Shown piece by piece: positions 46,330 through 54,829 of a stretch of 64,000 bases of DNA (position 1 is the first letter of the stretch; every line of letters starts with the position of its first letter). This DNA comes from Candidatus Saccharimonadota bacterium (GTDB lineage: Bacteria; Patescibacteriota; Saccharimonadia; Saccharimonadales; AWTP1-31). The stretch lies in assembly GCA_003962975.1 (NCBI GenBank), contig RXKC01000003.1, positions 50,890 to 114,889 of the forward strand, given 5' to 3'. The notes under the pieces are model-generated. The model was given only the letters and a program-made list of their open reading frames with translations, made no database searches and was not told the DNA's origin. Made by a program: the position numbers and the translations under genes.

Positions 46330-46627
46330 TCCAGGTTGTGTATAGGTTCTAGTCCCTTGCGGTAGAGAAAACTAAACCTGTTACTTCCCTGTTCAGCTGC
46401 AGCCAGCGACTTAGCTCCATAAGAATAAGGTTCCAATTCGTATGTACTTGGGCTACCAGGTATGAATAACAGATACGAATTTACAATTATGTAAGTCCGT
46501 ATTTTTATTTCACCTCTATATGCACAAACTAGGCTATACGTACTTAAGGTGCAACTGTAACGTTTCTTACTGTTACTTTACGCGTATCAAACTAAAATTA
46601 TTCATTATTACTATAAGGAGGATTGAG

Positions 46628-46774
46628 ATGCTGAGAATTATAGCTATAGCCCTAATCGTATTCTGGTTACTTGGATTGCTGGGAAAGATTGGTGGAGGGT
46701 TGGTTCATTTGTTACTCGTAATTGCTTTGGTAGTATTTATCTTTGACTTAGTTTCGGGGCGCAGAAGCGTTTAA
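46628..46774 (+). CDS. lmo0937-family small membrane protein (48 aa)
   Basis: MLRIIAIALIVFWLLGLLGKIGGGLVHLLLVIALVVFIFDLVSGRR. An AAGGAGG RBS is present. The longer ORF-track start is unsupported. Confidence 0.7.
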   Translation: MLRIIAIALIVFWLLGLLGKIGGGLVHLLLVIALVVFIFDLVSGRRSV

Positions 46775-46811
46775 CCTAAAAATCCCAACTATCAACATTA
46801 AGGAGTAGGGT

Positions 46812-47213
46812 ATGCAACAAGTTAATAAAGTAATTAATAAAGAACAGAAGCTCGCAGCAAACGACGGCACAGTAGAAACTAGACGGGTTCAAACCGTAAA
46901 ATCAGATGTTGATCCTAAGGTTACAATTGCAAATATAATCTGGTACATATATGGACTGATTGCCATTATCTTGGCCTTTCGTTTTGTTCTCAAATTAGCG
47001 GGTGCTAACGCTGGCAATGCCTTTGTTAATTTTATATATACCGTAAGTAAGATTTTTAGTGCACCATTCGACACAATTTTTGGAGTTACGACAGCAAGTT
47101 CGGGTACGGTGCGTTCTGTATTTGAGCCATCAATCTTGATAGCAATAGCGGTCTATGCTCTCATTGCGTGGGGACTCGCCAAACTTTTCACCCTCAACGA
47201 ACCCCAAGATTAG
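46812..47213 (+). CDS. YggT-like membrane protein
   Basis: AFRFVLKLAGANAGNAFVNFIYTVSKIFSAPF followed by a second TM helix. An AGGAG RBS is present. Confidence 0.5.
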   Translation: MQQVNKVINKEQKLAANDGTVETRRVQTVKSDVDPKVTIANIIWYIYGLIAIILAFRFVLKLAGANAGNAFVNFIYTVSKIFSAPFDTIFGVTTASSGTVRSVFEPSILIAIAVYALIAWGLAKLFTLNEPQD

Positions 47214-47290
47214 TCTTATTAATCTCATCAGTTTCTAGTATCTTACGATCCAGCCTCACCTCAGTTTACTCATTTGCTACAATAAAGCTG

Positions 47291-47851
47291 ATGCATAATC
47301 TAAGACAAAAGGGTGTTAGAGCTATGGTAGTCATAACTCTACTCGTCTTGGGAATAGCGCTTACGGCAGCCTGGAAAAGTACACAGTCAAAATCTGCCAG
47401 CACAACTGCTCAAGAAAGCTCGGCGCAGGCTGTCGACAACTCAAAATATATAAAGACGCAGGATAGCGAAACCAATAAGGAAAATAAGGAAGCAACTGGC
47501 ACTGTAATTACAAGTGGCGAAAGTCAATTCGGGACAATGCTCTTTAATACCAGTCAGCAAGCCATTTACATTTGGGAAGTTGAGGAATCCACGAATGCTG
47601 AGTGTTACGCGGACTGCGCCGACTTATGGCCACCAGTACTTACCGATGGCTCCCCAAGGGCATCCGGAAACGTCAAAAGTGAACTGCTTGGCACCACCAC
47701 GCGAACCGACGGTAGTGTTCAAGTCACGTACAATGGACATCCTCTCTACTACTACGCGCATGAAGGACCTGGAGAAGTAGAGTGTCACAACATCATTACC
47801 CACGGTGGCTTGTGGTGGGTGATTCACCCGGACGGCAATAGGACGGATTGA
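47291..47851 (+). CDS. secreted/lipoprotein-like protein with the COG4315-type tandem repeat (Yx[FWY]xxD family)
   Basis: FGTMLFNTSQQAIYIWEVEESTNAECYADCADLWPP ... VQVTYNGHPLYYYAHEGPGEVECH. Confidence 0.65.
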   Translation: MHNLRQKGVRAMVVITLLVLGIALTAAWKSTQSKSASTTAQESSAQAVDNSKYIKTQDSETNKENKEATGTVITSGESQFGTMLFNTSQQAIYIWEVEESTNAECYADCADLWPPVLTDGSPRASGNVKSELLGTTTRTDGSVQVTYNGHPLYYYAHEGPGEVECHNIITHGGLWWVIHPDGNRTD

Positions 47852-47852
47852 T

Positions 47853-47993
47853 ATGTTTGCGCATTTACATGGCCCTCCGAACGACAACTTTGACGGACAC
47901 GGTTACCGAAAAATGCTAGCCATAGGCTTAACTATTTTCTTCCTGTTGATCATTGGAATGCTCTATATTGCCATGAACTCCAAAGGCTTCTAG
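47853..47993 (+). CDS. possible 46-aa membrane micro-protein
   Basis: MFAHLHGPPNDNFDGHGYRKMLAIGLTIFFLLIIGMLYIAMNSKGF. The ATG starts 2 nt after the upstream TGA stop (TGATATG). It falls below the ORF-track length cutoff. Confidence 0.35.
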   Translation: MFAHLHGPPNDNFDGHGYRKMLAIGLTIFFLLIIGMLYIAMNSKGF

Positions 47994-48067
47994 ACCTTCT
48001 GTAAAGCCAAGGTACTCCAGTTGCGGTAGTGCTTGCAGATAGCAACAATGTAATGAATACTGGCTTT

Positions 48068-48688
48068 ATGTCAAAACTTATTCTTGCCCGTCATGGTGCA
48101 ACCCCTTATAACGCTCAGGGTCTTTGGACTGGCCACATCGATGTAGACATGTCCGAAGCTGGCTATGACGAAGTTCGGCAAAGTGCAGAATTCTTGGCAA
48201 GTACCGGCATTGACGCTGCATTTTGCTCAACTCTGCGGCGAGCACGAAACACGGCAGCAGTAATCTTGAGCCACCAAGAACGCCCTAACATTCCTCTGCT
48301 CTCAACAGAGCTTTTGGATGAAAAGAATTACGGGGTGTTTACGGGAAGAAATAAACACGAAGTACAGGCTGAAGTTGGAGACGACGCATTCATGCTGATC
48401 CGACGTAGCTGGGACTACGAAATCGAAGGCGGCGAGTCACTACAAGCTGTCCATGAGCGAGTTACATCACTGCATCACGGCGTTATTGCCCCGCTGCTTG
48501 AGGCTGGTCAAACTGTACTCGTAGCCTCGCACAATAATACGCTGCGAGCCTACGTCAAAGAAGTTGAAGAGATACCCGTCAGCGATACACCTGCAATCGA
48601 GCTGGGAACTGCCGAAGTAAGAGTCTACGGCTACAGCGCAGGCGCTTTTGAGTTAGAGAGCAGACAAGTCGTCGGCAGCGTGCATTAA
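48068..48688 (+). CDS. histidine phosphatase / dPGM-family phosphoglycerate mutase
   Basis: LILARHGATPYNAQGLWTGHIDVDMSEAG and SHNNTLRAYV (AHGNSLRALV in dPGM). Confidence 0.8.
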   Translation: MSKLILARHGATPYNAQGLWTGHIDVDMSEAGYDEVRQSAEFLASTGIDAAFCSTLRRARNTAAVILSHQERPNIPLLSTELLDEKNYGVFTGRNKHEVQAEVGDDAFMLIRRSWDYEIEGGESLQAVHERVTSLHHGVIAPLLEAGQTVLVASHNNTLRAYVKEVEEIPVSDTPAIELGTAEVRVYGYSAGAFELESRQVVGSVH

Positions 48689-48754
48689 AGACTCAGATTA
48701 TACAGTAGGTGGTATCACCCACGAGAAGATCTTTGTTTGTTTATACTTTTAGGT

Positions 48755-49291
48755 ATGGACTTTCTGGAAAATAATGCGCCGACTGTTGCCAAGTCGCTTA
48801 TTGGCTGGAAGTTTTTTGTACGTGAACCAGACGGAAGTTTAACTGGCGGAATGATTACCGAAACCGAAGCCTATACCAGTGAAGATGTTGCCAGTCACAG
48901 CTTTCGTGGTAAGACGCCGCGTAACGAGGTTATGTTTGGTCCAGCAGGTCATATATATGTGTACTTTACCTATGGCATGCACTGGTGCGTCAATATAGTC
49001 ACGGGTGATTCTGGCGATGGGCAGGCAGTATTACTGCGCGCTATTCAGCCGACACACAATCTAGCCACAATGCGCCAGCGCCGGGCCAATCGTCCAGACC
49101 CAGAACTGACCAATGGTCCAGCCAAACTATGCCAAGCCCTGGCCATAACCGGCCAAGACAATGGTCAATCTGTAGATGGTCCACGTTTTATACTTAAACC
49201 CCCAACGGCCAAACAACAAAACATCATGGCTACAAAAAGAATTGGTATTAGCCAGGACAAGCATCGGTTGTGGCGATTTATTGCTACCTAG
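48755..49291 (+). CDS. DNA-3-methyladenine glycosylase (AAG/MPG family)
   Basis: TETEAYTSEDVASHSFRGKTPRNEVMFGPAGHIYVYFTYGMHWCVNIV. Confidence 0.85.
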   Translation: MDFLENNAPTVAKSLIGWKFFVREPDGSLTGGMITETEAYTSEDVASHSFRGKTPRNEVMFGPAGHIYVYFTYGMHWCVNIVTGDSGDGQAVLLRAIQPTHNLATMRQRRANRPDPELTNGPAKLCQALAITGQDNGQSVDGPRFILKPPTAKQQNIMATKRIGISQDKHRLWRFIAT

Positions 49292-49370
49292 CGGCTGTGA
49301 GATAAGTTACTTCGCCTACTCTTCCCTTGCGCTATGGTTAAGACACCACTAACCTCAGCAGGAATGACCT

Positions 49371-49763
49371 ATGGCTAATCAGTACACTATGCAAGATCCA
49401 ACCACTCAGTACCCAAAGCTCGACATACCAGAACAACGCCAAGACGAGCCGGGGCTCGACACCAACCTGCAACCAAAAGCCGACCACGGCGAAGAAACTT
49501 ATGAGGGCCATAATCGACTAAGCGGGCGCAAAGCTCTCATTACTGGTGCCGACTCTGGCATTGGCGCAGCAGTGGCCATTGCCTTTGCCCGACCCAGTTG
49601 GTCTTGGTGTTCTTGGTGTAAGCGCACCAAACACTGGCTTCAAACGAACCAAGTAAGCATTCTTTTAACCACGGGCCCTACCAACCCGAGACGTCTTATA
49701 AATATAGTAAACATAGCTGTTGCATATTCTATATTTTTAGGTTATAGTTTGCTTTATGATTGA
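49371..49763 (+). pseudogene. truncated SDR oxidoreductase (YghA/YhxC-like): only the first ~75 codons are homologous
   Basis: MQDPTTQYPK...EETYEGHNRLSGRKALITGADSGIGAAVAIAFAR matches the N-terminus and the TGxxxGIG cofactor loop. After about nt 49595 the frame reads low-complexity nonsense (PSWSWCSWCKRTKHW...), and ~215 expected codons are missing. Confidence 0.7.
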
Positions 49764-50235
49764 GCGACTAGTTTACCGTGCAGCACCTCTTGTTGCAGTA
49801 CTTGGCCTTGGGCTTACCGCTTGTGGCACACATATTGACGGGGTTGTAGGCCTTGATCTTCTTGACTGCGCAGACGGCCCCAGAAAGAACTCACTATCTC
49901 TTGGTGCGATGCGTGAGGGATCATCATTCACAGTTGCACAAACGGTATATGTTGACGGTTCCGACAGTGGTATCACCGATGGAGTAACCGTGACGGCACA
50001 AAGCGAAGGCTTCTATAAACTGCGTGTCGATACTGGCACTTTAAGCCTTGATGGACAAGATTTTATTTCCGTAGAGCGCGGCGATGAAGCAGTTTTTGCA
50101 GCACTAGAGTCAGGTGATACCGTTACCTATAGTGAAGGCGGCGAACGCTATGAAATTACTGCCAGTGGCGTAACTGGCCAAAAAGAAGGCAGTGAAATGC
50201 CTCAACTCATCATCGACGCTAGCTGCAACGACTAG
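49756..50235 (+). CDS. putative lipoprotein, unknown function
   Basis: Lipobox-like LGLGLTAC at residues 17-24. Confidence 0.55.
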   Translation: MIERLVYRAAPLVAVLGLGLTACGTHIDGVVGLDLLDCADGPRKNSLSLGAMREGSSFTVAQTVYVDGSDSGITDGVTVTAQSEGFYKLRVDTGTLSLDGQDFISVERGDEAVFAALESGDTVTYSEGGERYEITASGVTGQKEGSEMPQLIIDASCND

Positions 50236-50308
50236 ATCTTACTCTCCGTGCTTGACAGCACTTGCCATTCACTCAACAATACGGACAATACATTAAGTGG
50301 AGGGGCGT

Positions 50309-50722
50309 ATGGTAGAGATACAAGGCATGAACTATTTGGCAATTGTAGTTGCATGGTTAATTAACTGTGGGGTTGGCGCATTCTGGTACTCACCTGCGGG
50401 GTTTGCAAAAGAATGGACCAAACAAACCAAGATCGACATAATGAAGATCCCTCAGCAACAAGCTACAAAGATCCTCATGTCGGTAGTCGCATCTGGGCTT
50501 GTGCAGGCAGTCACTCTGGCAATCCTGATCCGTTCGCTTGGTAGCGACACTGCCAGTGAAGGACTCGCTGCGGGCCTCCTGATGTGGTTTGGCCTAGTCA
50601 CTGCTACAACCGTAGGAGTGAGCCTTTATTCAAAACGAAGCTGGAAATTTATCGGTCTCAACAGCCTGTACTTTCTCGTGGTGATGTCTGCCAACTCGAT
50701 CATCTTCGCCGTGTGGCAGTAA
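50309..50722 (+). CDS. DUF1761-family membrane protein
   Basis: MNYLAIVVAWLINCGVGAFWYSPAGFAKEW signature and 4 TM segments. Confidence 0.65.
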   Translation: MVEIQGMNYLAIVVAWLINCGVGAFWYSPAGFAKEWTKQTKIDIMKIPQQQATKILMSVVASGLVQAVTLAILIRSLGSDTASEGLAAGLLMWFGLVTATTVGVSLYSKRSWKFIGLNSLYFLVVMSANSIIFAVWQ

Positions 50723-50804
50723 TCTGTTTAGACTGTTGCAAAGAAATCCTTGTCGAAACTAGCAAAATGATGAATAATATCATTGCTAACTAAAGGAGAA
50801 AAGA

Positions 50805-51245
50805 ATGGCAATCGACCCACGCAGTTCGCTCGGTCAAAGTATTAGTGTTGGCGAACCGGTCACGATGAACTTGGGACAACTGAGCCCAGAAGCTGGCGAA
50901 CTTATCGCAACTCGTTGCGCAGATGGCACGCCCCGCGAAGAAGTCATTGCCAGACTCCTTGATCATACTAGCAGACTTATGGCTGATGGAGTTGTATCAA
51001 TAGACACTACTCAAATCTTTGCAGCACACCCAGATGTTGCCGATGCAGTCGACACTATGAGGGCAGCTACAGAAGAGCAAGGCGGCAGATTTAGGGTTAG
51101 CCATGCTCTCACACGCTTAATGGTTCGCGGAGCAAAACCAGCCGAAAGTACAACGTCAGACTTCCCTGGATCAGATGGCTCGCTTGCCGATCTGTTTGAC
51201 AGCTGGTTTTCGGGCGGAACTGATCGTACTAGACCCCGCCGATAA
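50805..51245 (+). CDS. hypothetical protein (146 aa)
   Basis: ORF with a GGAGAA RBS; no recognisable motif. Confidence 0.5.
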   Translation: MAIDPRSSLGQSISVGEPVTMNLGQLSPEAGELIATRCADGTPREEVIARLLDHTSRLMADGVVSIDTTQIFAAHPDVADAVDTMRAATEEQGGRFRVSHALTRLMVRGAKPAESTTSDFPGSDGSLADLFDSWFSGGTDRTRPRR

Positions 51246-51268
51246 CATCTGTCTGCTATAGTGAAGTC

Positions 51269-51661
51269 ATGAAGATTAAATACCTTGTGGGCATTCAAAT
51301 TGTACTGGTTCTATTGGCAGCCTTTGCCGGCCTAAAACTTAAGACCGATCTAGCCGACGGCCCACGAACACTACACCGCATGGCGGGCATGCTGGCGGGC
51401 GTGGGTAGCTTGGCCAGCGTTGCGGCTGTCGTTATTGCTAAGCGCAGTTACACGCATATTGCCCTAGCCGGCTTAAGCCTGATACTGGTCATGTCGGCAG
51501 GCACTGCTGGGGCTATGCTCAAAGAGACTGCCAACTACAGTACTATGTACGACGTGATGCGCTTATCTGGTATCGCCGCCTTACTCAGCTCTGTTGCGCT
51601 GTTGGTTGTCGAGCTCAAACCCAAATCAGTCACACACAAACATTCTGCTCCTAAAGATTAG
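51269..51661 (+). CDS. 4-TM membrane protein, unknown function
   Basis: Hydrophobicity pattern only. Confidence 0.5.
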   Translation: MKIKYLVGIQIVLVLLAAFAGLKLKTDLADGPRTLHRMAGMLAGVGSLASVAAVVIAKRSYTHIALAGLSLILVMSAGTAGAMLKETANYSTMYDVMRLSGIAALLSSVALLVVELKPKSVTHKHSAPKD

Positions 51662-51688
51662 TGCGTTTATTGCTATACTAATAGCAAG

Positions 51689-52024
51689 ATGAAAATTACG
51701 ACGGTTAGTTTTCTATTTTCTGAGGGTGAGCATGATCTGCTGAACGACAAACAAGCAGTACATGACCTTTTGCACGACATTGTAAAGGTGGCCAACCTAA
51801 CACCACTTGATTATTCTGTGCACGCCTTCGAACCACAGGGTTTGAGCGCCACGCTGATTTTGTCGGAGTCACATATTGCTCTGCACACTTGGCCAGAAGA
51901 CGGTACGGGTTATGTGCTGCTGAGTTCGTGTATGCAGCCAGATGAAAACTTTATCCCGGCAGCCAGCGACCTCATTCAGAAAGCGTTTCGTGCGTCAGTA
52001 AACACCGCTAAGGAGCTCGTGTAA
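51689..52024 (+). CDS. speD: S-adenosylmethionine decarboxylase proenzyme (small class 1 type)
   Basis: LILSESHIALHTWPEDG contains the E-S self-cleavage / pyruvoyl site motif (ES-H..HTWPE). Confidence 0.8.
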   Translation: MKITTVSFLFSEGEHDLLNDKQAVHDLLHDIVKVANLTPLDYSVHAFEPQGLSATLILSESHIALHTWPEDGTGYVLLSSCMQPDENFIPAASDLIQKAFRASVNTAKELV

Positions 52025-52854
52025 TGGCCTTTAAACTATTCCGTAAACGACCAGCTGCGCGCATAAAACTGGGCAGCACTTTTTTGGGTACGATCTCGGC
52101 CACAGCTGAAGGCTACGTCATCTACAAAGAATGGGACAGCGAAGACTCATGCAACTACTACTGGGAAGAATGGGAACTGCGCGGCTTCAATGACTATGAC
52201 AGTTGGATAGAGTACGACCACTACACTCGTAAAATTTCACTGTACGAACCAATGAAACCAAAAGAGTTTGTTGACCCGACCAACCTCAAAAAGGGTCAGG
52301 AGGTCAGCTTTACCACCCAACGCGGCGAGCACATTACTGCCACTGTTGTAGAAGTTGGAGTAGGTACCGTTGCTCGCCGAGAAGGCACACTAACCTATCA
52401 TGTGTTTGAAAAAGATAAGGTCGCCTATGCTGAATGCGCGGGACCCAAGGGGCGATACTGCATCGAAAAATATAATGATAAAGAACTCGACATCTACAAG
52501 ATGCAGGTACTGAGTCGTGCACAGCAAAAGAAACTGCTTGGGCGCGTTGTTGCTCCTGGTGCGCTCGGCCAATGGCGATCCTTAAACTTCGGAAATAAAG
52601 TAACTGTTGCGGTCGTAATCTTAATGGTTCCCTTCATGTTTATTGACTACATCATTCCTCAGTATGAACGCTTCTGCACACCGCGCACCTCTGTCACTGG
52701 CACCACACCACGTGCCGTGACCAGCCCTTCTACTTCGACCTCTACTACCCCCTCGACTGCCTTACCGTCAGACGAGGTAACTTCACAAAACGATACACAG
52801 ACGTGCTATCGTCGAAGGATCTATGGTGGCGGAGGCGGTGGTGCAGGTAAATAA
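52024..52854 (+). CDS. DUF4178-domain protein with C-terminal TM helix and S/T/P-rich, Gly-rich tail
   Basis: YYWEEWELRGFNDYDSWIEYDHYTRKISLYEP matches the DUF4178 pattern. The TM helix is VTVAVVILMVPFMFIDYII. The start shares one nucleotide with the speD stop (TAATG). Confidence 0.7.
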   Translation: MAFKLFRKRPAARIKLGSTFLGTISATAEGYVIYKEWDSEDSCNYYWEEWELRGFNDYDSWIEYDHYTRKISLYEPMKPKEFVDPTNLKKGQEVSFTTQRGEHITATVVEVGVGTVARREGTLTYHVFEKDKVAYAECAGPKGRYCIEKYNDKELDIYKMQVLSRAQQKKLLGRVVAPGALGQWRSLNFGNKVTVAVVILMVPFMFIDYIIPQYERFCTPRTSVTGTTPRAVTSPSTSTSTTPSTALPSDEVTSQNDTQTCYRRRIYGGGGGGAGK

Positions 52855-52878
52855 CAACATAGGTAAAGGAGATACGTA

Positions 52879-53130
52879 ATGACTGAGTATGTAAGTACCG
52901 TAATAGAAAGTTCAGATCACGGCCTCAGTGGCGAGGCGTTCATAGCAACTATAGTGTATGCCTTCACTGGCATTGCTGTGATGATGATTGCTATGGTGGC
53001 TGTCAACGCAATGTTTAACCTCAACATTCACCGCGAGCTCGTCAAAGAGCACAACACTGCCTTTGGTATTTTGTTTGGTTGTATATCTATCGCTATCGCT
53101 ATCATTATTGCTAGCACCATTGTTGGCTAG
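52879..53130 (+). CDS. DUF350 (YjfL-like) membrane protein
   Basis: Two TM helices flank HRELVKEHNTAFGILFG, as in DUF350. Confidence 0.75.
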   Translation: MTEYVSTVIESSDHGLSGEAFIATIVYAFTGIAVMMIAMVAVNAMFNLNIHRELVKEHNTAFGILFGCISIAIAIIIASTIVG

Positions 53131-53135
53131 TACTT

Positions 53136-54686
53136 ATGCCCAGAGCAAAGTCGACCCCGATCCATAAGTCTGCTGTTCTTGCCGCCGCTCTGTTGGTCGC
53201 CATTGGCGGCCTGATCTACGAACTGCTGCTCGGTACCGCCTCTTCATATTTGTTTGGTGATTCTATTACCAGTTTTAGCCTCAGTATTGGCACTATGCTG
53301 TTTGGTATGGGCGTTGGCTCTCTGTTATCTTCGCGGTTACTTAGCAAAGCTCCCCGTAATTTTGTATTGACCGAACTACTGCTCAGTCTGATCGGCGGCA
53401 ATGCAGTTATTCTGATGTTTAGCGCCTTTGTGTATACCAAGCTGTATTGGCTGGTCTTTGTACTGCTGAGTACCGGTATTGGTATACTGATTGGTTTTGA
53501 AATACCCCTCATGGTGCGCATTGCCAAACAAGCTCAACAGAAAGACGTTGAAAAGTTATTATCACGAGTCCTTGCCTTGGATTACCTGGGAGCCTTAGTC
53601 GCCTCCCTACTGTTCCCCTTTTTGCTCTTGCCCTATCTCGGCTTAGTGCGCACCAGCTACATCATGGGTCTGCTCAATGCAGTGATCGCACTGTTTATCT
53701 TGGCCAAGGTACAGACTGGACAGCGCAAGCCATGGATCGTAGCACTTAACCTGGTAATCATTATCTTTTTTGCTGTAAGTTTTGTATTTTCACACCGTAT
53801 CGAACGCGCCATTGGCACTGCTCAGTACGGTGACCCAGTGGTGGCCTATAAACTGACCCCCTACCAAAAAATCGCAGTCACTGCCTATGGTCAAGATGTC
53901 CGCCTGTTTTTAAATGACCAGCTGCAGTTTAGTTCTATCGACGAGGCTCGCTACCACGAGACGTTGACCCATTCCGCTTTGACATCGGTAAAGCAGCCTC
54001 GCAACGTGCTTATTTTGGGCGGGGGTGACGGGCTGATTGCCCGTGAAGTCCTAAAATATGACAGCGTACAGCGTATTACACTTGTTGATATCGATCCCGC
54101 TATGACAACTATGGCCCGGACGAATCGCTTGCTAAGCGACGTTAACCACGGATCATTAGATGACGCGCGTGTGAAAGTCATTAATCAAGATGCCTTCTCG
54201 TATACCAGGAACTCGCGCGAATCATACGATGCCATTATCGTTGACCTGGTCGACCCATCTAATGAGCGCGTTGCCAAGCTATACTCACAAGAATTCTACC
54301 GAGCTGCACACGCCCGACTAACACCAAATGGCGCATTCATTACCCAAGCTTCTTCGACGTACTTTACGCCCAATGCTTTTCAGACAATCCGACAAACTAT
54401 TGCCAGCACCGCTGAGGCACGTAAGATCTCGCCGCTCAACATCAATGTGCCCTCTTTTGGTGAATGGGGCTTTGTTCTCAGTACGCCAGCCTCGACGCAG
54501 CTATTTCGTGAAAACCAGCTACCAAAGAATCTCTCTTATGTAAGCACTCAGACGCTTGCCCAGGCAGCCGGCACACCGCGCGACTTTCAACCTACCGTTT
54601 CTGCCGATACGGTATCAACCTTAATTTACCCGAAGCTGTATCATATCTACCAAAAAGATATGCGCCAGTGGCGCTACGGCAATTAA
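53136..54686 (+). CDS. speE: polyamine aminopropyltransferase (spermidine synthase) fused to an N-terminal ~7-TM domain
   Basis: VLILGGGDGLIAREVLKY, ITLVDIDPAMT, DAIIVDLVDP and ITQASS. Confidence 0.85.
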   Translation: MPRAKSTPIHKSAVLAAALLVAIGGLIYELLLGTASSYLFGDSITSFSLSIGTMLFGMGVGSLLSSRLLSKAPRNFVLTELLLSLIGGNAVILMFSAFVYTKLYWLVFVLLSTGIGILIGFEIPLMVRIAKQAQQKDVEKLLSRVLALDYLGALVASLLFPFLLLPYLGLVRTSYIMGLLNAVIALFILAKVQTGQRKPWIVALNLVIIIFFAVSFVFSHRIERAIGTAQYGDPVVAYKLTPYQKIAVTAYGQDVRLFLNDQLQFSSIDEARYHETLTHSALTSVKQPRNVLILGGGDGLIAREVLKYDSVQRITLVDIDPAMTTMARTNRLLSDVNHGSLDDARVKVINQDAFSYTRNSRESYDAIIVDLVDPSNERVAKLYSQEFYRAAHARLTPNGAFITQASSTYFTPNAFQTIRQTIASTAEARKISPLNINVPSFGEWGFVLSTPASTQLFRENQLPKNLSYVSTQTLAQAAGTPRDFQPTVSADTVSTLIYPKLYHIYQKDMRQWRYGN

Positions 54687-54829
54687 TAGCCCTCCCTCAA
54701 AAGAGTTGCTGATTTGACATTATTATGCTAATATATACCTATTGTTTTGTATGATCCCGGGTTGTTCGCTAGTACTTTGGTTTCATCTCTGACAATCACT
54801 GTACTAATAACCTAAGAGGATCTATTTTT

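Noticed and set aside
46343-46372. AGGTTCTAGTCCCTTGCGGTAGAG, resembling a tRNA T-arm / 3' end and a possible att scar closing the low-GC cassette.
   Set aside because: Only the generic GGTTC-AGTCC core matches the tRNA-fMet 3' end. The flanks do not match, and the T-stem cannot pair. That is insufficient for an att call.
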